From contig CAWHRJ010000014.1 of assembly GCA_963831685.1 (NCBI GenBank), forward strand, positions 94,612 through 158,611: a stretch of DNA of 64,000 nucleotides. The letters are read 5' to 3'. Numbering within the stretch: position 1 is the stretch's first letter; each line of letters begins with the position of its first letter. The notes under the pieces are model-generated. The model was not told the origin of the DNA and did no database searches. It saw nothing but the letters and a program-made list of their open reading frames with translations. This DNA comes from an uncultured Pseudomonadota bacterium. Lineage in GTDB: Bacteria; Myxococcota_A; Polyangia; Fen-1088. This document shows, piece after piece, positions 53,287 through 63,372 of this stretch. The position numbers were made by a program, and so were the translations under genes.

Positions 53287-54639
53287 ATGCGTTTTCGTGG
53301 ATTCGTCGCAGTCGTTGCCTTGTCGGTCATCCCGCTCGCTCTGGGATGCGCTCAATCGGAGATGGGTCCGGGGTCGGTAGGCACCGGAGGGACGACGACG
53401 TCGTCGACGGGCACCGGCGGTTCCGCGACCGGGCGCGGCGGCGCTTCGGCCACCGGCGGCTCTTCGGCGACCGGCGGCGCGCCGGCGACGGGCGGCGCGC
53501 CGGCCACTGGCGGTTCGACCGGCTCGACCGGCGCCGGCGGCGCGGTGGCGACCGGCGGCGTGGTGACGACGGGCGGTTCGACCGGCCAGGGCGGCGCGCC
53601 GACGACGGGCGGTTCGACCGGCCAGGGCGGCGCGGTGACGACGGGCGGTTCGACTGGACAGGCCGGCGCTCCGGCGACTGGCGGCCACGGCGGCGCTCCG
53701 GCGACAGGTGGCTCGACCAGCACGGGTGGCTCGTCCGCCACGGGCACCGGCGGCCACGTCTCGACCGGTGCGGCCGGCTCGTCCGCAGCGGGAACGGGCG
53801 GTCACGTTTCCGGCGGCACAGGCGGCTCGTCGACGGGTGCCGCGGGTCAGGGCTCGAGCGGCAGCGGCACGGCCGGAAGCACGTCGACCGGGACCGGCGG
53901 TAGCACGGCGACCGGCACTGGCGGCCAGACGACCACCGGCACCGGCGGCACCGGCGCGACCACCTCGACCGCGGCCGGGACGATCGTTCCGCTCTACACC
54001 GATCCGAGCGATCCCTCCTGGAACGCGATCATCACCGCCGCCGAGGCGCACCCGACCGTCCACGTCGTCGCCATCGTCAACCCGAGCGACGGCCCGGGCT
54101 CGTCGAAGAGCAGCGCCTACACGGCCGGCATCGCGGACCTACAGTCCGCCGGCATCAAGGTCATCGGCTACGTCGCCACCGGCTACGCCAGCCACAGCAT
54201 CGCCTCGATGGAGGCGGAGATGGACACCTGGAAGTCGTTCTACCCGACGCTGCAGGGGATCTTCTTCGACGAGCAGTCGAACTCCACCGGCGACGTCGCC
54301 CACTACCAGACGCTGTCGCAGTACGCGAAGAGCTTGGGGCTCAGCTACACCGTCGGCAACCCCGGGACCGGCGTCCCGACGGCCTACGTCGGCGCGGTCG
54401 ACACGATGCTGATCTACGAGAGCAACGGAATCCCGCCGATCTCCGATCTGTCGGCCTACTCGGCCTACGCGCCGTCGAACTTCGGCGTCATCCCCTACGC
54501 CGTCTCGTCGATGAGCTCGACGTTCGTCCAGCAGGCCCGGCAATACGTCGCGTACATCTACCTGACCAACGACGACCTGCCGAACCCCTGGGACAGCCTG
54601 ACGTCGTACTTCTCGCAGCTGCTCGGCGCGCTCGAATAG
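53287..54639 (+). CDS. Lipoprotein with a long Gly/Thr/Ser-rich linker and a C-terminal spherulin-4-like (GH135-like) domain
   Basis: Lipobox LALGC. About 220 aa of TGG(S/A) low complexity encoded by 39-bp tandem repeats. The C-terminal 200 aa (IVPLYTDPSDPSWNAI...VAIVNPSDGPG) resemble the spherulation-specific family 4 / Sph3-like fold. Confidence 0.65.
   Translation: MRFRGFVAVVALSVIPLALGCAQSEMGPGSVGTGGTTTSSTGTGGSATGRGGASATGGSSATGGAPATGGAPATGGSTGSTGAGGAVATGGVVTTGGSTGQGGAPTTGGSTGQGGAVTTGGSTGQAGAPATGGHGGAPATGGSTSTGGSSATGTGGHVSTGAAGSSAAGTGGHVSGGTGGSSTGAAGQGSSGSGTAGSTSTGTGGSTATGTGGQTTTGTGGTGATTSTAAGTIVPLYTDPSDPSWNAIITAAEAHPTVHVVAIVNPSDGPGSSKSSAYTAGIADLQSAGIKVIGYVATGYASHSIASMEAEMDTWKSFYPTLQGIFFDEQSNSTGDVAHYQTLSQYAKSLGLSYTVGNPGTGVPTAYVGAVDTMLIYESNGIPPISDLSAYSAYAPSNFGVIPYAVSSMSSTFVQQARQYVAYIYLTNDDLPNPWDSLTSYFSQLLGALE
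53567..53690. repeat. About three 39-bp in-frame tandem repeats (encoding TGGSTGQGGAP/VTT) in the lipoprotein linker
   Basis: Near-identical repeats of GGCGGTTCGACCGGCCAGGGCGGCGCG-CGACGACGGGC. Confidence 0.7.
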
Positions 54640-54750
54640 CGGCGGCGCCCGTGTCGGCCCCTCCCGGCCGGCGGCGATAGTTGACAGAGCCGTTGACAGA
54701 GGTCACCTCGGCTTGACACTTTGCGCCTCCACCCTGGGAGGGGCCCACAC

Positions 54751-55485
54751 ATGAGACGACGTCACCTGTTCACCGTTACGCTGATCGCCGCCGGTCTTTC
54801 GCTGGCGGCGCTCGCCGCGAGCGCCAAGACGAAGGAGAAGAAGGAGACCAAGGAGGATCCTGTCGCGCGCGGGCGCTATCTGGTCTCGTTCGCCGGTTGC
54901 AACGACTGCCACACCCCCTGGGCGTTCAACAAGGAGATGGGGATGCCGGTGCCGGACCACACCCGCTTTCTCTCGGGCAACCCGGTGGGCGCGCCGGAGC
55001 CGTCAGGCAAGGTCGATCCGAGGACCGATCTGGCGTTCATCGGCGCGACGTTCACTTCGTTCAAGCTGCCCTTCGGGAACGTCTACTCGGCGAACTTGAC
55101 GCCCGACAAGGAGACCGGCATCGGTAACTGGACCGAGGAGATGTTCCTCAACGTGTTCCACAAGGGAACGCACATGGGCGTCGAGGGGCGTCCGGTCCTG
55201 CCGCCGATGCCGTGGCAGGAGTACCGCAACATGACGGACGACGATCTCAAGGCGGTGTTCGCGTTCCTCAAGACCATCCCCGCGATCCACAACCCGGTCG
55301 CCGACCCCAAGGTCCCGAAGCCGGTGCTCGACGGCATGCTCAAGGTCCTGCCGGGCGAGATCGCGATGCTGGACGCGATGAAGGCCGGCAAGCCGATGCC
55401 GCCTGCGACCGCGGCCGCGCCGCCGGCTCCTGCGCCCGCCGCTCCGGCGGCCCCGGCGGCTCCTGTCGCTCCCGCCAAGAAGTAG
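54751..55485 (+). CDS. Periplasmic mono-haem c-type cytochrome
   Basis: Signal peptide, a single CNDCH haem-binding motif, a Met-rich region and a Pro/Ala-rich C-terminal tail. Confidence 0.7.
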   Translation: MRRRHLFTVTLIAAGLSLAALAASAKTKEKKETKEDPVARGRYLVSFAGCNDCHTPWAFNKEMGMPVPDHTRFLSGNPVGAPEPSGKVDPRTDLAFIGATFTSFKLPFGNVYSANLTPDKETGIGNWTEEMFLNVFHKGTHMGVEGRPVLPPMPWQEYRNMTDDDLKAVFAFLKTIPAIHNPVADPKVPKPVLDGMLKVLPGEIAMLDAMKAGKPMPPATAAAPPAPAPAAPAAPAAPVAPAKK

Positions 55486-55514
55486 CTCCTCCACCCGCCG
55501 CGGGCGGCGCGCGT

Positions 55515-56246
55515 TCAGAGCTTCATCGAGAGCTCGACGCGCGCCGTGCCGCCGTCGGTGACCTTGACGGTCGCGGTCGTGCGGACGCCGGCGCCGGTGC
55601 CGTCGGCCGGCTCGTGCCAGAGCTCGAGAACGTGATCGCCGGGCGGGACGCCCTTGATCGTGAAGCTGCCGTCGGCGCCGGTGACGGCGAAGTAGGGGTG
55701 GTCGAAGACGTAGATCCAGCCGTTCATCCAGGCGTGCCCCGCGTCGCACTGGAGCTTCATGAGCCCCGGCTTGCGCATCGGGACCGGGACCTTCTGCCCC
55801 TTGATCGGCATCGCCACGTTGAACACGGTCATGTCCGAGGCGTTGGCGTGGATGTTGTGCAGGATCGCGTCGTTGTTCATGAGCGAAAGCGGCGTCCCGA
55901 CGGTGAGCGCTTGGACATGCGGCGCGTAGCGGCACTGCTTCTGATCGAGCGCCGCGCCGGCCACCGGCGACGGTTTGCCGTCGAAGTGCGCGTCCTTGAC
56001 GAACACGACGACGTTGCGCAGGCAGCCCCCCTTGCCGACGACGACCGACTCATTGGGCGCGTCGTGGCCGCAGGTGGGGGCGTCCTTGGTGACGGCGTGG
56101 GGGGCGAGCTTGGGCGCCGGTCCATCGAGGTGAACGACCCCGCTGACCGTGCCGTTGGCGAAGGCGGGCGTTCCGCAGGCGAGCAGCGCCACGCCCGCTG
56201 CCAGCGCGGCGATAGGCCTAGCTGTTTCCCTTGGGCTCTTCGTCAT
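55515..56246 (-). CDS. Lipoprotein with a cupredoxin-like type-1 copper site and a carboxypeptidase-regulatory-like domain
   Basis: Lipobox LLAC. Candidate copper ligands H...C-DAG-H-AW-M (ILHNIH...QCDAGHAWM). C-terminal DGSFTIKGVPPGDHVLELW beta-sandwich. Confidence 0.5.
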   Translation of the reverse strand: MTKSPRETARPIAALAAGVALLACGTPAFANGTVSGVVHLDGPAPKLAPHAVTKDAPTCGHDAPNESVVVGKGGCLRNVVVFVKDAHFDGKPSPVAGAALDQKQCRYAPHVQALTVGTPLSLMNNDAILHNIHANASDMTVFNVAMPIKGQKVPVPMRKPGLMKLQCDAGHAWMNGWIYVFDHPYFAVTGADGSFTIKGVPPGDHVLELWHEPADGTGAGVRTTATVKVTDGGTARVELSMKL

Positions 56247-56652
56247 CGGAGAGATAAGCGAACGTGCGGACCAGGTTGACGATCTGCTCGCGCTGCTCGG
56301 CGGAGAGGTCGACGAACTGCACGCCCATGCCGGGATTGATGTTGTCGTAGCTCCCGGGTCGGAACGGGTTCACCCACATCACGCGCCCCTCGAGATCGAG
56401 CCGGGGGCCGCCGGGCGGCGCGAAGCTCAGGTTGAGCTTGGTTCCGGGTGGCTCGGGCGCGTTGGTCCGGATGAAGATCCCCATCGCGCTGATGTCGGTG
56501 ATGTACGCGAACAGGAAGTTGTCGGCGCTCTTGTAGTCGACCTCGATGTCGACGGTGACGCGGGTATGGACGCGGCGATCGCGCCCGCTGCTTCGCCGAT
56601 CGGAGGTGACCGTGACCTCACGCCTTCGCCGATCTTTCCCTCGCCGCGTCAT
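56218..56652 (-). CDS. PilZ-domain protein (putative c-di-GMP receptor)
   Basis: 144 aa. An Arg-rich RxxxR-type stretch (DRRRREVTVTSDRR...RDRRVHTR) followed by DISAMGIF (a D/NxSxxG-type motif) on a beta-barrel core. Sits 14 bp downstream of the GT-C glycosyltransferase gene. Confidence 0.65.
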   Translation of the reverse strand: MTRRGKDRRRREVTVTSDRRSSGRDRRVHTRVTVDIEVDYKSADNFLFAYITDISAMGIFIRTNAPEPPGTKLNLSFAPPGGPRLDLEGRVMWVNPFRPGSYDNINPGMGVQFVDLSAEQREQIVNLVRTFAYLSDDEEPKGNS

Positions 56653-56666
56653 CCTGGAAGCGCAGT

Positions 56667-58992
56667 CTACTTTATTTCGAGCTGGCCGATACGGACGCGA
56701 TCCTGGCCGTCGTTGGGGCCGTCGGTGATCTTGAGCCGCTTCCCCTCGCCGCCGGGCCAGAATCCCATGTAGACGACGTAGGTCCCGGCCGGCGTGGTCA
56801 TCAGCGGCACGTCGGTGTCGTAGTGGTCGTGGACGTACTCGCCCGGCAGCCAGTAGCTGGTGCCGAAGGCGTGGTTGACCGGATCGTGGTCGCCGATCAC
56901 CCGCGGCGCCGCCGGACCGTCGAAGTGGACGAAGATCTTGTAGCCGCCGGGCGGCTTGGCCTTCATGCGGAAGTAGAGGTCGAGCGGGATCTTCCCCGGG
57001 CGCCGCACCTCGGGCGGGAAGCTGGCGCCCACCAGCTCGATCGCGTTCTCGAACGTCGCCGCGAGAGGGATGCGCCAGGTCCAGGGGGGCTTGGCGTCGG
57101 CGGCGCCGGGGCGGCATCCAGACGTCTTTGAGCAACGGGTTCTGATCGCGCTCGCCCGGATCGAGCTGGTTGGTGAGGAGCAGGAAGCGCGACGACGATG
57201 CGTCGACGATGTAGTAGCCGAGCTGCGCCTGCTTGAACGCCGAATCGAGCGGCGCCAGCTCGCTGGCCGCCACCAGCGCGAACACCCGCTGCGGATCGCG
57301 CAAGAACGCGACGACCCGATCCTGGTTCGGCAGGTCGACCAGGTTCTCCTTGCTGTAGAAGGTCGACCCGTGCCCCTCGACGCGGTAGCGCCCGATCTTC
57401 TCGCCGTGCTTGGCGAACCTGGCGTACGACTCGAGCACCGGCTTGAACGACAGGTGCGTCGACAGCGCGGGCACGATCGCCTGCGACAGATAGAAGGCGA
57501 AGAAGATCGCGCAGGCGACCGCCCCCTGCAGACCGTAGCGCCCGAACACGGTCACGGCCCGCACGAGCCCCTGGCGCACGCGACCCCCGGGCGGCGCCTC
57601 CCGGGCGGGGACGCGGCCCAGCGCACGCGGCCGCACGGCCAGCCCGGCGTAGACACCCATCGCGGCCAGGAGCCCGATCGCCAGGATCAGCTCCCCCACC
57701 GCGATGTTCGTCGGCCAGTGCACCTTTTCAAATAGATGGACCGAGGCCAGGTCCTCGGGCGCGAGATAGAAGTCACGCGCGACGACCATCGTCCCGGTCG
57801 CCATCAGGAGACCGGCCACCGGCTCGGGCCGCAGCCCCTCCAGCGCCTCATCGAGAAAGGCGCCGATCGCCAGCGCGATGGCGGGGAGCGCCTCGTAGCG
57901 CGCCTGGCCGAGCACGATGTCCCGGTAGCTCGAGAGCGCGTAGCCCATTCCGGCGAAGAGGAGGAGGTAGAGCTCGACGAAAGCGAGTCGCGGGTTGGTG
58001 CGCGGCACGCCCGCCTCGTCGCCGTCGAGCCGGATGAGCGGCCGGGCCAGCGCGAAGACGGCCACCGCGCTCCAGGGGAAGAGGCCGAAGCCGAGCTCGC
58101 GCACCAGCGCCTCGAAGCTGTGCGCCGGCGCGCCGCTCTTCGGGACTCCCCCCACCAGCCAGGAGTACTTGCCCGCCACGACGTGGAAGAGGCCGCCCGC
58201 GAGCACCGCGACGCCGAGCACGGCGAGGATCGCCAGCGGGACGAAACCGCGCGCGCCCGGTCGCCAGGTGCTCGCGCCCAGCGTCCCCTCGGCCGCGATG
58301 TCGGGGCCGAGGCCTGGCTCGGCCAGTGGCGCCGTGCCGTCATCGATCGCGGCGGTCGGCAGGGCGCGTAGGCCGCGCCCAACCACCAGCGCCAAGGTCA
58401 GCGCCAAGAGCGGCAGCACCAGCCCCGACATCGCGCCCCCGGCCAGGAGACCAATGGCGAGCCCGACGACCCCAAGCACCAGATCGCGGACGCGGCGGCG
58501 GCCGTCGGGCGGCCAGGCGTAGCGCCCGAGCGCGCCCAGAACCAGCGCCAGCCCCGCGATGAGCGGCGCGTCCGAGGTCAGCTGTCGCGCCTCGAGCACG
58601 AACAGCGGCGTCGTTCCCAGCGCCAGCACGGCGAGCAGGCCGGCGCGCTTGCGCAGCAGACCCGCGCCCGCCCAGTAGATCGCCATCAGCGCAACGATCG
58701 CCGAGAGGGCGAAGAAGAGCCGGGCGCCCAGCTCGCTGGCGCCGAAGATGCGGATGCCGAGCGCCGCCATCGAGAGCTCGAGCGGCGGCCGCGCCGCGTA
58801 CTTCCCGGCGACGGTCGGATCGAACAGGCTGTCGGAGCGGGCGATGTCGCGCGCCTGCTCGGCGAGCTTCAGCTCGGAGGGGTCCCAGAAGCCCGAAGCG
58901 CCGAGCCGCGGCAGGCAGAGCGCCAGCGAGAACGCCAGCGCCCAGGCCCACATGGGGACGCGGCCGAGCGCCGCCCGCACGCGATCGATCAT
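56667..58992 (-). CDS. GT-C fold glycosyltransferase, family 39/83 (PMT/ArnT-like), with a C-terminal periplasmic domain; one frameshift near 57110
   Basis: N-terminal multi-TM domain with the conserved first periplasmic loop (GASGFWDPSELKLAEQARDI, DE-like motif), about 11 TM helices, then a soluble domain. The reading frame switches once (ORFs 56667..57032 and the 56218..59247 frame). Confidence 0.7.
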
Positions 58993-59011
58993 CGGCCCGC
59001 CATCGTCGACG

Positions 59012-60077
59012 TCACGCGCCGCCGGCGCCCGCCGTTCCGGCCCGACCGCCCGCCGCGCCCGCGGCGCCGGTCTGGTCCCCGGTGGCCCCCGCGGCGCCGG
59101 ACGCGCCGGCCGCCCCCGAAGCCCCCGCGGCGCCGGACGCACCGGCCGCGCCGCCAGCGCCAGCGGCGCCATGGCCGGCCGCGCCCGCCGCGCCGTTGCC
59201 CGCCGCGCCCGAGCTGCCGGCCGCGCCGCCGCCCTGGCCGCCGGCACCGGGCGGCGTCGGGCAATTCACGCCCGAGGCCACGCAGGTGCACTGCTGCGAG
59301 CCCTTGGCGAAGCGGATTCCGTCGTCGCAGGTGGAAGATTCCGCCGTACGGGTCGCAGTATCCGCCGCTGGCGCAGTCGCTGTTGGCGGTACAGGGGCTC
59401 CCGGCGACGAGAAGCGGCATGCAGGTGCCGGCCGCGCAGTACGAGTTGCTGTCACACGGCGCGGTGGCGCACGACGTTGGCGGGCTGCTGGTCCCCGCGG
59501 CGGTGCAGCTGGAGACGCCCGCGGTGTTCGTTGCGCAATAGAAGTTGGTCGAGCAGACGTCGCCGTTCTCGCTGCAGTGACCGGTGCCCGAGATGGTCGT
59601 GGACGTCGCACACAGATGGTGCGTCTGGTCGCAGATGACCGCTCCGTTGGTGGCTCCGGCGCAGTCGAACTGCGTCGTGCAGGTGTCCATGTCGACCATC
59701 CCCGGGCCCTGGAAGACGTACCCGCAGGCGAGGTCGATGCCGGCCTGCACGGCGGGCGTTATGATCGGGGTGCTGGCACCGTAGGCCGCGTTCAGCTTGT
59801 TGATGCAATCGTTGGTGTTGGCCGGGGTGTAGACCCGCAGGCTCGGCGCGGTGGTCGCCTTGGTCGCCAGCGCCTCGCACTGGCTCTGCTGGTAGGCGGT
59901 GCAGGTCGCTGTCGTGACGCCGCACGCCGTGGCGATCTGACAGACGGCGTTCGCGTAGTTCATGCAGAAGTCTGCGGTCGTAGAGGGTCCGCCGGAGCCG
60001 CCGCCGCTGCACCCGAGCGCGACCAACGGGAGCAGCACCGGGAACAGGGCCGTGCGCAACAACTTCGCTGGTTTCAT
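59012..60077 (-). CDS. Cys-rich lipoprotein with a Gly/Ala-rich C-terminal repeat tail; one frameshift near 59340
   Basis: Lipobox LVALGC. About 30 Cys in the first 230 aa. The C-terminal (GAAGAS)n tail is encoded by 18-bp tandem repeats at about 59090-59215. The two parts are in different frames. Confidence 0.5.
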
Positions 60078-60141
60078 CGCCTCGCCTCCAATGTTCAGAA
60101 GTGGAAAGAGGACGCAGTTTCACCTCGCAGCGTCGGGCGGG

Positions 60142-61101
60142 TCAAGCGTGCATCCGCACATGCAGTGTCTGCCCATGATCGAGGATGGCTAGGCGCCGGT
60201 CGCCGTCGGGGCGGCAGAGGCCCGCGTCGCGCGCCAGGTGCTGCAGCCAGGCGAGCGGCGCGTCGAGCCTTTCGTAGCTCAAAGGGAACGATCCGTAGCT
60301 GGTGGGGATGAGGAGCCGCGCCTTCAGGTCATCAAAGGCGTAGACCGCGTCGAGCGGCGACAGGTGCTCCTCGCGGAACGGGGCCGGCTCGTAGCCGGCG
60401 ATCGGCAGGAGGGCGACATCGGGGTGAAACCGGCGGCCGATCTCGGCGAAGCCCGAAAAGTAGCCGGTGTCGCCTGCCACGTAGGCGCTGGCCGAGGCCG
60501 ACCCTGCGAACGCGCGGACCAGGTAACCGCAGGCGCCGCGGCGAAGGTAGTCGCCGAGGCCGCGCGTCCCGGAGTGGCGCACCGGCACCGCGGTCACCTC
60601 GACGTCGCCTTTGCGATAGCTTGTTCCCGGGTCGAGCTCGACGACGTCGAAGCCGAGCCCGCGCACGAGGCTGGTGCAGCGCGGGGGGACGATCAGCGTC
60701 GCCTGGCGTCCGATCCGCAGGAGGCTCTGCTTCGAGAGGTGGTCGCGGTGGGCGTGCGTGATCAGCACCAGATCGACGTCCTCGAGATCCGCGGCTGCGA
60801 TGCCGGCCGCCTGGACCCGCCGAAGCCCGTAGAAGGAATTCTCCAGCAACGGGTCGCACAGCACCCGTACGCCGGGCGTCGTGATCATGACCGTGGCGTG
60901 GCCGACGAAGGTGATCGAGATCGTCCCCTGCGGCGGGCGCGGCACCGGCGCCGCCTCGACCGGTCGGGTTCCCCGTCCCAGCCGACCGGCCGCGGCCGTC
61001 AGAAAGCGCAACGAAAGCACGCTGGGCCAGACGCTTCGCGCCCGCTTGCGGTGCTCGAAATCGAGGACGCGCGCCCTTTCCGCGGCGGAGAGCGGAGCCA
61101 T
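60142..61101 (-). CDS. Metallo-beta-lactamase-fold hydrolase
   Basis: ITHAHRDH zinc motif plus downstream His/Asp ligands. About 319 aa from the internal ATG. Confidence 0.7.
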   Translation of the reverse strand: MAPLSAAERARVLDFEHRKRARSVWPSVLSLRFLTAAAGRLGRGTRPVEAAPVPRPPQGTISITFVGHATVMITTPGVRVLCDPLLENSFYGLRRVQAAGIAAADLEDVDLVLITHAHRDHLSKQSLLRIGRQATLIVPPRCTSLVRGLGFDVVELDPGTSYRKGDVEVTAVPVRHSGTRGLGDYLRRGACGYLVRAFAGSASASAYVAGDTGYFSGFAEIGRRFHPDVALLPIAGYEPAPFREEHLSPLDAVYAFDDLKARLLIPTSYGSFPLSYERLDAPLAWLQHLARDAGLCRPDGDRRLAILDHGQTLHVRMHA

Positions 61102-61179
61102 CGGCGTTTCGGTGCGCGTCACGGTCGGATAGTAGCGCCGGTCGCGCAGAACACGGTGTTTCGTGCTAAGTGACGGCGC

Positions 61180-62550
61180 GTGACCAGCGACGCGCAGGGG
61201 GCGCCCCAGGCGGCTTCGCAGGCCGGCCGGGTGGTGATTCTCGGGGGCGGGCTGACCGGCATCTCGACCGCCGTCCACCTGCGCGCACCCTGGGTCCTCT
61301 ACGAGCGCGAGGAGCGTCTGGGCGGGCACGCGCGCACCGACGCGCGCGACGGCTGGCGCTTCGACAAGACCGGTCACTGGCTGCATCTGCGCGATCCGGG
61401 CGTCAAGCAGCTGGTCGACGAGCTGCTCCCCGGTCAGATGACGCCGGTCGCGCGGCGCGCGCGGATCTTTTCGCACGGCGTTCTGACCCGCTATCCGTAC
61501 CAGGCCAACCTGCACGGCCTGCCGCCCGAGGTGATCAAGGAGTGTCTGCTGGGCGTGATCGAGGCCAAGGTCTCATCGGCGACGGCCGGTCACGCGGCGG
61601 CGCGGGCGGCGAACTTCGAGGAGTACTGCCTCGCGCACTTCGGCGCCGGGATCTCCAAGCACTTCATGATCCCCTACAACGAGAAGATCTGGGGCGTGCA
61701 CCCGCGCGAGATCACCGCCGAGTGGTGTTCGCGCTTCGTGCCGCTGCCGAACCTCGAGCAGGTGATCGCCGGCGCCGTCGGCGCGGGGCCGCCGGAGATG
61801 GGCTACAACCAGCACTTTCTCTACCCGAAGGCGGGCGGGATCGAGACCTTCACCCGCGCGCTCACGACGCGGATGGCGGGCGGTGAGGTGCACACGCGCA
61901 CGACGCCCGACAGCGTCGACTGGCGGCGGCGCGAGGTGGTGGTCGGCGGCGAGCGGGTCCCCTACCGCGCGCTGGTGGCCACGATTCCGCTCCCCGAGCT
62001 GCTCAAGCGGATGCCGGAGCTGCCGCCGGAGATCGCGCGCGAGGCGGCGCGCCTCCGCTGCACGACGCTGCGCTATCTGAACATCGGCGCGCGCGGCAAG
62101 CCGCGGGAGGACTGGCACTGGATCTACGTCCCGGAAAGGCGATATCCGTTCTACCGGGTGAACGTCTTCTCGACCGCGATGCCCAGCATGGCCCCGGACG
62201 GCTGCTCCTCGATCTGCGTGGAGATGGGCGACCGGGGACCGATCGGCGAGGCGGCCCGGCGCGACACGATGGCGGCGCTGGTCGCGGCGGGGGCGCTCGG
62301 CTCGGCGGAAGACGTGGTGTTCGCCGAAGAGAAGCAGATCGAATATGCCTACGTCGTGTTCGACCAGAACTACTACCAGGCCACGCGGACGATCTTTGGC
62401 TTTCTCGAGGCGAACGCCATTCACCCGCGCGGGCGTTACGGGGCCTGGACCTACAACGCGATGGAGGACTGCGTGCTGGCCGGCCGCGAGGTGGCGGCCC
62501 TCATCGACGGCAGGAGCTCGCCGGACGGCGGCGCGGGGCGCGCGGCGTGA
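61180..62550 (+). CDS. FAD-dependent enzyme of the UDP-galactopyranose mutase (Glf) family
   Basis: N-terminal FAD Rossmann ([10 protein letters not shown]). Blocks resembling UGM: [25 protein letters not shown], and a C-terminal [17 protein letters not shown] parallel to the RFGxWxY...D motif of Glf. Confidence 0.6.
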   Translation: MTSDAQGAPQAASQAGRVVILGGGLTGISTAVHLRAPWVLYEREERLGGHARTDARDGWRFDKTGHWLHLRDPGVKQLVDELLPGQMTPVARRARIFSHGVLTRYPYQANLHGLPPEVIKECLLGVIEAKVSSATAGHAAARAANFEEYCLAHFGAGISKHFMIPYNEKIWGVHPREITAEWCSRFVPLPNLEQVIAGAVGAGPPEMGYNQHFLYPKAGGIETFTRALTTRMAGGEVHTRTTPDSVDWRRREVVVGGERVPYRALVATIPLPELLKRMPELPPEIAREAARLRCTTLRYLNIGARGKPREDWHWIYVPERRYPFYRVNVFSTAMPSMAPDGCSSICVEMGDRGPIGEAARRDTMAALVAAGALGSAEDVVFAEEKQIEYAYVVFDQNYYQATRTIFGFLEANAIHPRGRYGAWTYNAMEDCVLAGREVAALIDGRSSPDGGAGRAA

Positions 62551-63260
62551 GCGCCGGGGCGCTGCACCTCTCGGTCGTCATCCCCGTCTACAACGAGGAG
62601 GGGATCCTGCGCGGCTCGGTGCTCGAGCTCGAGGAGAAGCTGCGGCGGTTCGGCTGGAGCTACGAGCTCCTGCTGTGCGAGAACGGCTCGCGCGATCGGA
62701 CCATCGAGATCGGCAGGGAGCTGGAGATCGAGCACCCGCAGGTCCGCATGCTCTCGGTCGGCGAGCCGAACTACGGCCTGGCGATGAGGCAGGGCATCCT
62801 CGAGGCGCGCGGGACGTTCGTCATCAGCGACGAGATCGATCTGCTCGACACCGAGTTCTACGCGCGGGCGATGGCCCTGCTCGAGCGGAGCGACACCGAT
62901 CTGGTGGTCGGGTCGAAGGCGATGGTTGGGTCGAACGACCAGCGGCCGCTGTTCCGGCGGGCCGCCACCCGTTTCTACAACGGCCTTCTGCGCGCGGTCT
63001 GCCATTACCCAGGCACCGACACGCACGGCCTCAAGGCGTTCCGGCGTGAGGCGCTGCTGGAGACGGCGCGCCGCTGCGTGCTCGATCGCGACGTCTTCGC
63101 CAGCGAGTTCGTCATCCGCGCCCACCGCGAGGGGAAGAAGGTCGTCGAGATCCCCTTCGCCGTCCGCGAGAAGCGCCCCCCCTCGATCCGCCTGCTCAAG
63201 CGCGTCCCTCACGTCGTCAAGAGCGTGGCCAAGCTGGCCCTCTCCGTCCGCCGCGGGTAG
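62547..63260 (+). CDS. GT2 family glycosyltransferase, Dpm1/GtrB-like polyprenyl-phosphate sugar synthase
   Basis: [11 protein letters not shown], the DXD region (ISDEID) and conserved GSKA...[10 protein letters not shown] blocks. 237 aa with no C-terminal TM. GTG start overlaps the upstream stop (GTGA). Confidence 0.75.
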   Translation: MSAGALHLSVVIPVYNEEGILRGSVLELEEKLRRFGWSYELLLCENGSRDRTIEIGRELEIEHPQVRMLSVGEPNYGLAMRQGILEARGTFVISDEIDLLDTEFYARAMALLERSDTDLVVGSKAMVGSNDQRPLFRRAATRFYNGLLRAVCHYPGTDTHGLKAFRREALLETARRCVLDRDVFASEFVIRAHREGKKVVEIPFAVREKRPPSIRLLKRVPHVVKSVAKLALSVRRG

Positions 63261-63372
63261 CCCGCGCCGGCGGTGAGGCGGGGAATACACCGCCCACCCG
63301 TTCAGTGTTCGTTCGGCAGCTTGGGGCCCCCCTTTTCTCATTTTCGCCCCTCGATGTGTCGATGGCGGGGAG

